Source of the DNA: an archaeon | GTDB taxonomy: Archaea > Nanobdellota > Nanobdellia > Woesearchaeales > GW2011-AR9 | Reading direction: 5' to 3' | Assembly (NCBI GenBank): GCA_002686315.1 | Contig: NZBO01000005.1 | Location: 1-33,754, forward strand | DNA: 33,754 bases | Shown here: in pieces, positions 26,021 to 33,754 of the stretch | Position numbering within the stretch: position 1 is the first letter of the stretch | How the letters are laid out: each line of letters begins with the position of its first letter | The notes under the pieces: generated by a model | Databases searched by the model: none | The model's input: only the letters and a program-made list of their open reading frames with translations | Told to the model about the DNA's origin: nothing | Program-made: the position numbers and the translations under genes

Positions 26021-26383
26021 TTATTGTACTGTATTGATGAGGTATCCTGTGTGCGCTTTAACAATTCTTGTAAATAAGCGAACTTTTTTTATAGTAAGAC
26101 CCTCTTGTAAAAAATAGTCTCTTGTATCTTCTGGATCGATTTTAAGAATTTCACATGTCCTATAAAAAGACATAATTCCCTGGTCATCTGAGCAAAACCA
26201 CTCCAGCGCTTCTTCTTTATGTTCATTTCTATTCAAATCTTTTCCCGATAGATCTAAGACGCGTGTGTAAAATCGAACAAGTGGTTCATCACATCGTAAA
26301 GAGAGATAAGTGCTAGATGTTGAAGGGAGCATTTTCCACTTGAAACATGTTTCTTTTAAATTAGTATTGACAAATTCCTCCAA
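26021..26383 (-). CDS. Hypothetical protein
   Basis: 120-aa ORF whose track start is a TTG. The next in-frame ATG is at codon 18. No motif recognised. Confidence 0.35.
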   Translation of the reverse strand: MEEFVNTNLKETCFKWKMLPSTSSTYLSLRCDEPLVRFYTRVLDLSGKDLNRNEHKEEALEWFCSDDQGIMSFYRTCEILKIDPEDTRDYFLQEGLTIKKVRLFTRIVKAHTGYLINTVQ

Positions 26384-26422
26384 AACAGAATAATTTATAA
26401 GTATTCATCCTCTTTATAGCAT

Positions 26423-26575
26423 ATGGAGAAAGCCCTTATACTATTCATAATTGTACTTGGTAATTGTGCGTTATACTGGTTTTTTATCGGGCAGAAGAAG
26501 CAACAACAACAGATGTTTGAAGGAAGAATAGAAGAGATCAAAAGAGAAGGTGAGAAATGGCAGAAAAACACTTAG
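26423..26575 (+). CDS. Possible small single-pass membrane protein (50 aa), not in the ORF track
   Basis: Hand translation gives MEKALILFIIVLGNCALYWFFIGQKKQQQQMFEGRIEEIKREGEKWQKNT. It has a hydrophobic N-terminus and a charged tail. It overlaps the start of the next gene by 19 nt. Confidence 0.3.
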   Translation: MEKALILFIIVLGNCALYWFFIGQKKQQQQMFEGRIEEIKREGEKWQKNT

Positions 26576-27069
26576 TAATTGATCATCTTAAATTTAGTTA
26601 CGAAGGATTGTTTAACGCCACTGAATTTTATGATCTCATCGTTGATTGGTTCTATGAGAAAGGATGGGACTGGTATGAGAAAGTAAATCAAGAACAAGTC
26701 ACACCAGATGGAAAACATATCAGGCTCGTTTTGGAACCATGGAAAAGTTCCAGTGATTTTTATAAATTGAAAATGAAAATTCATCTGCAACTTCTGAATG
26801 TACGTGAAGTTGAGGTGGAGCATGAAGGGAAAACGCTTCGTCTGAATCATGGTGTAATCCGGATGGTGTTTGATGGGTTTGTAATGAGTGACAGAACAGG
26901 TGAATGGACCTCAAAACCTTTCTGGTGGTTTTTTACCGTCGTTGCGGAGAAATATTTTTTCAAACACCATTACAAGAAGTTTGTCGAGTGGATCAAAAGT
27001 GACGTTGAGGAGTTACACACAAAAATTAAAGAGTATCTAAACGTGTTTAAATACACATATAGGACATAA
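26557..27069 (+). CDS. Uncharacterised protein, paralog A of a tandem pair
   Basis: 170 aa. Clearly alignable with the following gene (Y.G.F.A.E..., MKI.L.L.NV, VFDG/SxVxxD, WTxKP). Confidence 0.65.
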   Translation: MAEKHLVIDHLKFSYEGLFNATEFYDLIVDWFYEKGWDWYEKVNQEQVTPDGKHIRLVLEPWKSSSDFYKLKMKIHLQLLNVREVEVEHEGKTLRLNHGVIRMVFDGFVMSDRTGEWTSKPFWWFFTVVAEKYFFKHHYKKFVEWIKSDVEELHTKIKEYLNVFKYTYRT

Positions 27070-27071
27070 CA

Positions 27072-27659
27072 ATGTACAGCGCACATCATAAAAATTTGAT
27101 CGTGAACGGTCGAAATCTTGAGTATAAAGGAGTCTTTAAAGCAGACGAATTGTTCGCAACTATTAATCGAGCACTCGAAGCAAAGCACTATCATAAAAAC
27201 GAAAAAAGAACGGAAGAGTTAGTGACGGAAACGGGAAAACGGACCTATGTTGAATTACGACCAGATAAACATCTTAGTAGTTACATTGAATTTATTATGA
27301 AAATCAAAATCACGTTAGATAACGTTACGGATATCGTGGAAGAAGTGAAAGGTGTCAAGCAGAAATTCCAGCAAGGAGATGTGACAATTGTGTTTGATTC
27401 GTGGGTTGTTACCGATTACGAACATCGATGGACCATGAAACCTGTCATTTATTTCTTGAAAGGCATTATTAACAAACTCATTTTCACATTTCCAATTGAA
27501 GCTGGTGCGCCAGGCGAACTTGCAGGAGATACATCCTACATTTATTCTCGAATTAAGAAGTTATTAGATTCGTATAAATATTCTTCCCGGGAGATTGTAC
27601 AAGAGAAAGATGTTCGATTAGCTGTCGAGGAAGATGTGAAGAAGAGTATGTCTACATAA
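27072..27659 (+). CDS. Uncharacterised protein, paralog B of a tandem pair
   Basis: 195 aa. Starts 2 nt after the paralog A stop. Shares its motifs with paralog A. Confidence 0.65.
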   Translation: MYSAHHKNLIVNGRNLEYKGVFKADELFATINRALEAKHYHKNEKRTEELVTETGKRTYVELRPDKHLSSYIEFIMKIKITLDNVTDIVEEVKGVKQKFQQGDVTIVFDSWVVTDYEHRWTMKPVIYFLKGIINKLIFTFPIEAGAPGELAGDTSYIYSRIKKLLDSYKYSSREIVQEKDVRLAVEEDVKKSMST

Positions 27660-27725
27660 AAGGTGCCCTGTTGTGAGGTAGCTCTTTATGAGTGTTCACC
27701 TGGCACCTTAAAAAAATAAAAAAAA

Positions 27726-28112
27726 TTATTTGATTGCATGACATCCCGGTCCTGAATAGTACAAACTTACCAATCCTGCAATTCCCACTAAATGGAATAA
27801 CAACACAACTGTTGCCATTGGACTTGAACCAAGTGCTGGTACTGCTGTTGTAAGTGTTGCCACTGCCAAAATGATTACTAACGGCCACACAACTTTACGC
27901 ACGTTCCATCCTACGATAAGTGCTGCCCCGCCAAGAATTTCGACCAGAATAACGATCCAGCCAAACAAACTTGCTGCAGGGAATCCTAACCCATCAAGCA
28001 TCCCGATAATCATCCCTGGATTCATTAACTTGCTTAATCCTGGAATTATGAAGAGTAACCCTAGGAAGACCCGTAAAATCAGTGGCGCCATTTGTTGACA
28101 TTTTTTGTTCAT
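27726..28112 (-). CDS. DoxX-family membrane protein
   Basis: 128 aa with 4 TM segments. LILRVFLGLLFIIPGLSKL and VEILGGAALIVG are typical DoxX motifs. Confidence 0.75.
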   Translation of the reverse strand: MNKKCQQMAPLILRVFLGLLFIIPGLSKLMNPGMIIGMLDGLGFPAASLFGWIVILVEILGGAALIVGWNVRKVVWPLVIILAVATLTTAVPALGSSPMATVVLLFHLVGIAGLVSLYYSGPGCHAIK

Positions 28113-28297
28113 TTGATATAACCTCCATTGTTATTTTTATTATGATAGTGTTCACGTACTAAATAGTTTCTCTTTTTTGTTCAAACAAAATTTTGATGAT
28201 GGAACTAAAACTTTATAATGTTTTGACCTTATTTTGAGTGTATGGGGTTTACAGTCATTGGTTGTTATTAAAAGAATATGTTACATGTGAGAAGTGA

Positions 28298-29173
28298 TTA
28301 TTTTTTCTTTTTGTCTTCGTGTTTTAGTTCTTGGACTTTGTATCCTTGATTCGTAAGCGCTTCTGATTTTCCTTCTAGTAATGCAGCATAATGACTTGCT
28401 TGTACATCTGCAGTTCGTTGGATATGGGGAGTATCATGCTTGAAACCACGTTTCTCAAATCGAGGAGAGATGTATTCTGCCATTTCTTGCCGATCTTCAT
28501 CTTTTACCAAACCTTCAACTGCTTTAGTCTCTAAAAATGATCCATATCCTTTAACAGCTTCTGTAGATAATCCACGTAGTTGACCTTCAATTTCAATTCG
28601 TTTTTTCCCTTTCAATTGCTTGGCATAATCTGCACTTAGAAGATTAATTCCTTGCCTGAATCTGTCAGTAACAGTGTACCTTGCCATTAAGGTTCCTTTA
28701 AATTCACGGAGTTCTCTTTCCAATTCTCCTTCATCACCACCATAATCTTTCTTGAACTGTTCAATGCTCTTCTTTAGTTTTTCTTTTCCTAATACTCCTT
28801 CTAAGAACGTGTCTGTATATTTTTCAAGAATTTCTGCAAGTTTATCTTCATCTTTAATAACTGCATCATCTTTGTCATAATGGTCTGCCAAGGTTTTCTC
28901 TGCAACATTAAAGGCACCTGGAAATCCTTTCTTATCAGATTCTCTGCCAAATAAGGTGTATTGTGCATGGTTTGATAATTGATCTTTATGAATATTGTCT
29001 GGATGGTGAAACGTTTCAAAAGCCTCAATTCTTTTATCAAACTTTTTCCCCGTAAAACCTTGATAATGACCTATAATATCATCTATACTTTTCAATGTTG
29101 GAAATTCTTTCTTTTTCTTCTTCTTAGCAGCATCGCTCATACCAGACAGAACTTCCTCACCGTATTTAAACAT
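28298..29173 (-). CDS. Hypothetical Lys/Glu-rich protein
   Basis: The long ORF is trimmed to Met94 (MFKYGEE). The upstream 93 codons are hydrophobic or low-complexity and run antisense into the start of the divergent gene. Met105 (29140) is an alternative start. No family recognised. Confidence 0.5.
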   Translation of the reverse strand: MFKYGEEVLSGMSDAAKKKKKKEFPTLKSIDDIIGHYQGFTGKKFDKRIEAFETFHHPDNIHKDQLSNHAQYTLFGRESDKKGFPGAFNVAEKTLADHYDKDDAVIKDEDKLAEILEKYTDTFLEGVLGKEKLKKSIEQFKKDYGGDEGELERELREFKGTLMARYTVTDRFRQGINLLSADYAKQLKGKKRIEIEGQLRGLSTEAVKGYGSFLETKAVEGLVKDEDRQEMAEYISPRFEKRGFKHDTPHIQRTADVQASHYAALLEGKSEALTNQGYKVQELKHEDKKKK

Positions 29174-29282
29174 TCCGGAAGTAGAAACAATACATATTGA
29201 CCAAAATGTCTCACGTCTAGACGATACACTTTTAAGTATATAAGACATATTCCTTTTATAAATAACAAAAGGTCTCACTACT

Positions 29283-31175
29283 ATGGCAACAAAAAAGAAA
29301 TCAACAAAAAAGGTTACTCCTAAATCAATCAAACCGGTGAAAGAAGGCGGTCTTCCCGTTCCATCTACACCTAAACTTCCTCCAGAAATGGAAGCGAAGT
29401 TACAAAAACTCAAAACGAAATTAGACAAATTTAAAGATACACTTCTTGACAAGTTTGGTGATTACATCGTTGGTATCACGTTATTACCACCTGAGAAAGC
29501 ATTGCCACCAAAACCGGCAGCACCAGGTCAACCAGCGCCTAAAGAGCAAAAACCAGATCCAAACAAGATTTCCTTATTAGTTGTCGTTGACGATACAACC
29601 TCAACCAAAATGAGTAAAGATGAGTTATACAACAAATTTGCAGGAATCGTGAAAAAAACAGCGGAAGATGTGGATAAAGATATTCACACACAGTCAATCT
29701 TATTAACAGATTTATGGCTCAACTGTTATGATGCGAAATACGATTTAAACAAATTAATTTCTGTCAGTGCACCAATTCATGATACAGGTATGCTTGCAGC
29801 AATCAAGATTGCGGAAATCCATAAAAGTATGGTTATCAAGAAGTTTGAGAAATATATCTTAAGTTACGTTCTCGCTGGAAGTTTAACACAAGGGAAAGCA
29901 ACACCAACAAGTGACATTGACGTATGGATCGTGATTGATGATACCGATGTCAAAAAAATGACGCGTGCGGAGTTGAAGGATAAATTACGTGCGATTATCA
30001 TTGGTATGGGCGCGGAAGCAGGTGAAATTACCGGTATTAAGAACAAATTAAACATCCAAGTGTACATCTTAACAGATTTCTGGGATAGTTTGAAAGAAGC
30101 GAACCCGATCATCTTTACATTACTAAGAGATGGTGTACCGTTCTACGATAGAGGCATTTTCATGCCATGGAAACAACTCTTACGAATGGGACGTATCAAA
30201 CCAAGTAGGGAAGCGATTGACTTGTTCATGAATACAGGACAGCAAAGTATCAAACGTATCAAAAAGACGTTTGAAACGATGGGAATGGAAGATACATATT
30301 ACTCAATCCTTACACCATCACAAGCTGCTATTATGTTATACGGGTTACCACCACCGACGCCTCGGGAAACACCGGATGTCTTGGAAGAAATCTTTGTCAA
30401 GAAAGAGAAGTTACTTGAAGCGAAATACGTCCAAATTTTACGTGATAATGTGCAATTACGGAAAGAGATCGAACACGGTACGAAGAAAGGACTTACCGGA
30501 ACAGAGTTAGATAAATACGTGAATAATGCGGAAGAATTTTTGAAACGTATCGACAAATTGTTCAAAGAAATTGAAGATATGCATATGAAGAAAAGTGTGC
30601 TTCATCTCTATGATGAAATCATCACAATTATTCGAGATGTCCTTAAGTTAGAAGGTATCGAGAAAGCGCAAGATGAAGAAATCATTAAACTCTTTGAAGA
30701 TGAATTAATTTCAACTGGGAAGGTTCCCGCACGGTTCTTACGTGACTTGAATGAAATCGTGGATGCGAAAACCAAGTTTGATAAGAAGAAGTTAACCAAG
30801 AACGATGTCGAGAAAGCACGGAAAGGGTCTGGTGGATTGATTCGATTCCTTATCGAGTACATGCAGCGGAAGCGTGGGAAAGAGTTTGAGAGAGCTAAGA
30901 TCCGTATCAAACACGGTGATGTGTACGGTGAAGTGATCTTGCTTGACACAATGGCATTCATTTTCCCGAACATTGACGCGAAAGATCAGCAAATTGAGAA
31001 AGCGATCATTAATGAAGATGGCAGTCTTGGTACAAGAGAGAAATCAACGTTAGAAGAGTTTGAGAAACATCTCGCGACTGTGAAGCTTCCTAAGAGAGCA
31101 TTCATTAAAGAACCAGTGTTTGAAGATCTGAAAGATATCTTTGGCAAACATGTCGAGATATTAATTAATTATTAA
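29283..31175 (+). CDS. Multidomain nucleotidyltransferase (Pol-beta superfamily): duplicated NTase halves plus duplicated HEPN-like helical region
   Basis: GSLTQGKATPTSDIDVWIVIDD is the minimal-NTase G[SG]-x9-13-DxD motif. Residues about 96-175 are a paralogous copy lacking that motif. LRKEIEH fits the HEPN Rx4H motif. The N-terminus is Lys-rich with a Pro-rich insert. Confidence 0.7.
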   Translation: MATKKKSTKKVTPKSIKPVKEGGLPVPSTPKLPPEMEAKLQKLKTKLDKFKDTLLDKFGDYIVGITLLPPEKALPPKPAAPGQPAPKEQKPDPNKISLLVVVDDTTSTKMSKDELYNKFAGIVKKTAEDVDKDIHTQSILLTDLWLNCYDAKYDLNKLISVSAPIHDTGMLAAIKIAEIHKSMVIKKFEKYILSYVLAGSLTQGKATPTSDIDVWIVIDDTDVKKMTRAELKDKLRAIIIGMGAEAGEITGIKNKLNIQVYILTDFWDSLKEANPIIFTLLRDGVPFYDRGIFMPWKQLLRMGRIKPSREAIDLFMNTGQQSIKRIKKTFETMGMEDTYYSILTPSQAAIMLYGLPPPTPRETPDVLEEIFVKKEKLLEAKYVQILRDNVQLRKEIEHGTKKGLTGTELDKYVNNAEEFLKRIDKLFKEIEDMHMKKSVLHLYDEIITIIRDVLKLEGIEKAQDEEIIKLFEDELISTGKVPARFLRDLNEIVDAKTKFDKKKLTKNDVEKARKGSGGLIRFLIEYMQRKRGKEFERAKIRIKHGDVYGEVILLDTMAFIFPNIDAKDQQIEKAIINEDGSLGTREKSTLEEFEKHLATVKLPKRAFIKEPVFEDLKDIFGKHVEILINY

Positions 31176-31396
31176 TTTTATTTCTTTTCTTGTTTTAACC
31201 CTCATTCCTCCCTCCATTTCTAAAATTAAACCAACATAAAGTTTCCTAAAGTTTTCAAAGTAATAATAAAGCTTCCTTGTAAGTATCAACGAAAGTATCT
31301 TTTTAAACTACTTTTCTTTTGAAAACATTGAAAGACGTGTCTGGGGTGACCATGGCAACATGGAAACCCCAACTTTATACTAATGAGGTAACAAAA

Positions 31397-32410
31397 ATGA
31401 AAACGATACAAAAATTAACAGCACTTCTGGTAATAGCACTTTTTGTGTTAACAATAGTACCAATGGCATTAGCGGAAGACGTAGATGATAGTGATGATGA
31501 AACAGAAATTGAAGAGACGGAAGTAGAGGAGGAGGATCGGCGGAAACGTCCACAATTTGATCGAGTAAAATACAAAAAACGTATGAAAGATGCACGTGCA
31601 GAATTTAAAGAAAATAGAGCAAAAGTTCGTGAACATGTGAAAATGTCCAAGGAACGATTACAAGAAGCACGTATGAAGTTCAAAGAACATAAAGATAGTT
31701 TACTCGAACTTCGCGGTAAAGTAACAAGATGTGAAGGTGACGATTGTACGGAGAAACGACGAGCGTTACGGAAAGGTGTGAATGCTCATTTAGAAAAGAT
31801 TACAACCGTTATAACCAACCACTTGGAGAAATTAGAAAATAAAGTGCTTGATTCTAATGTAGAAAATAAGGATGATATGATTGCGAAGATCGATGAATTG
31901 AAAGCTGATGTCGCCTCAAAGGCAGAAGAAGTCGCCTCACTCACTGCAGACACGCCAAAAGAAGACGTTCGTGCATTACTCAAAGAAGTGAAAGCGCTGT
32001 GGAAAGATGTCCGTCAAACACATAAACGAATTACTGGCGCGTTACTCAATGATAAAGGAGGAAAATTAGCGGGGAAACATAACGGTCTTCTTCGAAGTAT
32101 GGAGGCACGTATCGCTGCTGCAGCAAAGCGGGGACATGACACCGCTGCATTAGAAGAAATTAAAGATCGGTTTGAAGTACACAGAGATGATGTGAAGGCA
32201 GCGCATGACGCAGCGAAAGCAGCATGGAAAGAAGAAGGTGACAACGATGCATGGAAAGCTGCTCAGCAAGAATTTCGAGAAGAGTTGAAGGAATCGAAAG
32301 AAATCTTGCGTGAGTTTGTTGCAGCATTCAAAGACCTTCGTAGTGATTCAGATGATGTAGAAGAAGCTGAAGATACAGAGTCTGAGAGCGAGACCACTTC
32401 CGAGGAATAA
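31397..32410 (+). CDS. Secreted or membrane-anchored coiled-coil protein with acidic termini
   Basis: The start is set at MKTIQKLTALLVIALFVLTIVPMALA (a signal peptide or anchor). An acidic stretch is followed by long charged helical repeats (KE/RA-rich) and an acidic C-terminus. The track start 31319 adds a non-signal extension. Confidence 0.6.
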   Translation: MKTIQKLTALLVIALFVLTIVPMALAEDVDDSDDETEIEETEVEEEDRRKRPQFDRVKYKKRMKDARAEFKENRAKVREHVKMSKERLQEARMKFKEHKDSLLELRGKVTRCEGDDCTEKRRALRKGVNAHLEKITTVITNHLEKLENKVLDSNVENKDDMIAKIDELKADVASKAEEVASLTADTPKEDVRALLKEVKALWKDVRQTHKRITGALLNDKGGKLAGKHNGLLRSMEARIAAAAKRGHDTAALEEIKDRFEVHRDDVKAAHDAAKAAWKEEGDNDAWKAAQQEFREELKESKEILREFVAAFKDLRSDSDDVEEAEDTESESETTSEE

Positions 32411-32453
32411 GTAAGGTTTTTATACTTTATTTTTTTACTATGAGGTACCAAAG

Positions 32454-32705
32454 ATGAATAAAATATTGATACTTGGATTGATAGTACTTATCGTTGCGTT
32501 AGTTGTTGGATGTGAAACGACAAAGTTCCAAAACCCACCATGTGAAACAGATGCCGATTGTTCCGTGATGCATAATGGAATTTGCGTTGATGGCGTATGT
32601 CAAGTAGGTTCTTCAGATGATTCGCTCGAATTAGATGAGTTAGACGACTTTGATGAGTTAGAAGATGATCTTAACTTAGATGAGTTAGATAGTTTTCTTG
32701 ATTGA
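32454..32705 (+). CDS. Small lipobox protein with Cys-rich knot and poly-acidic tail
   Basis: MNKILILGLIVLIVALVVGC (signal plus lipobox Cys), then CETDADCSVMHNGICVDGVC, then SSDDSLELDELDDFDELEDDLNLDELDSFLD. Confidence 0.6.
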   Translation: MNKILILGLIVLIVALVVGCETTKFQNPPCETDADCSVMHNGICVDGVCQVGSSDDSLELDELDDFDELEDDLNLDELDSFLD

Positions 32706-32815
32706 TTTTTTTCTTACTTTTTTACCACAAAAAGAATTCTCCAAACCAAATGACAAAATATCCAATTGTAAAATCAACCCAAGGAAATGGCGCAATAGTC
32801 ATTGTAAAGAGTTTA

Positions 32816-33084
32816 GGGGCACACCCGCAGTCGACGTAACGAAACAACAGTAGTTGATCCCATCAGCTTCTCAGACCTGCAACCCTCTGAACATGGAACG
32901 CACAGCTTATAGCTGCTTCATTCCTGATCTGACTAGGTTCACAGTACGACCATCCCAGAGGACAGACCGTCAGCAAAGTCCGACAGGACTACCATCACAA
33001 CACTACTCCTTCCTTGGGCTTCGGCTCCGTGTAAAGTCCGTTCACGGTCACAACGCAGGACTAGCGCGCCAGCCTAGCTCTCCC
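32816..33084 (-). ncRNA. Signal recognition particle RNA (archaeal 7S RNA)
   Basis: The minus strand reads GGGAGAGCUAGGCUGGCGCGCUAGUCC... The S domain GUCAGAUCA-GGAA-UGAAGCAGC is nearly identical to the universal helix-8 motif (GUCAGGUCC-GGAA-GGAAGCAGC in E. coli 4.5S), with the GGAA tetraloop at 32921-32924. G+C is locally much higher than in the flanks. Helix-5 pairing AGUAGU/ACUACU and UGAU/AUCA is visible. A TATA box lies about 25 nt upstream. Ends are approximate (about +/-15 nt). Confidence 0.85.
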
Positions 33085-33108
33085 TCTTTTGTAAGAATTA
33101 TGTTTGTG

Positions 33109-33118
33109 TTTTATAAAA
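33109..33118 (-). promoter_or_regulatory. TATA box for the SRP RNA gene
   Basis: ttttataaaa is centred about 27-30 nt upstream of the GGGAGAGC 5' end, the classical archaeal TATA spacing. Confidence 0.5.
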
Positions 33119-33147
33119 GATTTGGTTTATATGATTTGAAAAAGGCT

Positions 33148-33750
33148 TCATCTTCGTTTTCTACCTTTTTTCCTTCTATTCTTTTTTCTATTCAAAGAAC
33201 TAATGTTACAACGTTTCACAGTCCAACACCCATCCCTTCCATTTGGTGCTGGATGAAAAGTATATTCAGTTAAGTCATCAACGGTACCTGATACTAAGCC
33301 ACGGTACCCAGTTTTGGCAAAATGAGTGGTGATTTCCTTTCGTAAATTCTCATCTTGTAAAAACCGTACTAAATCCAAATGAGAACCACCATATATTAGC
33401 CCTATCTTTGGTTTACGTCCTATTTTCTTGGAAATTAAAGGGACTAGATATGTTTCAATTTTATGAGCAGCCAGAGAGCTTCTTCCAGCGAGAATAGGTT
33501 GCATACATTCAAGACTTACCCTAGTACAATAATCGATTGTATCATCAGGAATTTGCCTATTTGCAAAACTGTAGAACATACTTTCTCTAAAAAATCTCCA
33601 TGTCAAAGAGCTGGTACCGTACCAATCTGAACGATCTTCACTCAATCCCACATCAACTGAAAAAAGTGGCTTCCCATTATTTCTAACTTCACTAACCAAC
33701 CTACTTGAAGCAAAATAATGCCCGCCCGCAGTAATTACCACTTCATACAT
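33148..33750 (-). CDS. Hypothetical protein with basic C-terminal tail (start may lie beyond the window)
   Basis: 200-aa ORF that stays open to the window edge upstream of the first ATG. It ends in NRKKNRRKKGRKRR. No family recognised. Confidence 0.45.
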   Translation of the reverse strand: MYEVVITAGGHYFASSRLVSEVRNNGKPLFSVDVGLSEDRSDWYGTSSLTWRFFRESMFYSFANRQIPDDTIDYCTRVSLECMQPILAGRSSLAAHKIETYLVPLISKKIGRKPKIGLIYGGSHLDLVRFLQDENLRKEITTHFAKTGYRGLVSGTVDDLTEYTFHPAPNGRDGCWTVKRCNISSLNRKKNRRKKGRKRR

Positions 33751-33754
33751 ACTC

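Noticed and set aside
28113-28297. UGAUGA (C-box-like) sequence in the DoxX / hypothetical intergenic region
   Set aside because: No CUGA D box or terminal stem lies at an appropriate distance on either strand, so it is insufficient for a C/D sRNA call.
29174-29452. N-terminal 93 codons of track ORF 28298..29452
   Set aside because: This part is hydrophobic or low-complexity and antisense to the first 57 codons of the NTase gene and its promoter. The charged, coherent protein begins at Met94 or Met105.
32708-32800. 26-codon hydrophobic minus-strand frame (MTIAPFPWVDFTIGYFVIWFGEFFLW) just downstream of the SRP RNA
   Set aside because: It is too short, has no ribosome-binding or promoter signal of its own, and lies in the SRP RNA 3' flank.
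32854-33273. 139-aa plus-strand ORF
   Set aside because: It overlies the SRP RNA gene. Its openness is a by-product of the GC-rich structured RNA.
1-33754. Search for CRISPR arrays, rRNA genes, IS elements, integrases or prophage structural genes
   Set aside because: None was seen. The only repeats are the relBE-flanking 14-mers and the intragenic pentapeptide duplication, and no transposase, integrase or capsid-like ORF is present.

Overview
This window is AT-rich, tightly packed archaeal chromosome, most likely from a small-genome DPANN-type lineage such as Woesearchaeota or Pacearchaeota; that taxonomic call is inference. The archaeal signals are: (1) a threonyl-tRNA synthetase with the archaeal DTD-like N-terminal editing domain; (2) an intron-containing tRNA with a canonical bulge-helix-bulge splice motif; (3) an archaeal-type SRP (7S) RNA; (4) a ZPR1 zinc-finger protein; (5) the archaea-specific GTPase / DUF2073 / DUF2072 gene trio; and (6) TATA boxes 25-30 nt upstream of start codons, suggesting leaderless mRNAs. 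Housekeeping genes include thrS, smc, a Ski2/HelY-like helicase, and an operon of DEAD-box helicase, zinc ribbon and cold-shock protein. Between them sit bacterial-looking or accessory genes:
- a relBE toxin-antitoxin cassette flanked by direct repeats
- a Nudix hydrolase
- an AT-rich methyltransferase island abutting a peptidase gene remnant
- a Cys-phosphatase-like protein
- a poxvirus/bacterial-type topoisomerase IB
- a PIG-L deacetylase plus GT4 glycosyltransferase pair
- a roughly 60-unit pentapeptide-repeat protein
- gntK and gnd
- DoxX
- several secreted or lipobox proteins

No CRISPR array, rRNA, transposase or integrase was found. The observations most worth a second look are:
- a 630-aa protein that reads as an internally duplicated nucleotidyltransferase followed by an internally duplicated HEPN-like region
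- a chimeric ThrRS with an archaeal editing domain, a catalytically dead bacterial N2 editing domain and a bacterial-type core
- an in-frame TAG inside the Q motif of an otherwise intact DEAD-box helicase
- a tandem pair of uncharacterised paralogs
- a hypothetical protein carrying an ADP-ribosyltransferase-like YHGT motif

All homology statements rest on motif recognition by eye and memory, not on database searches.
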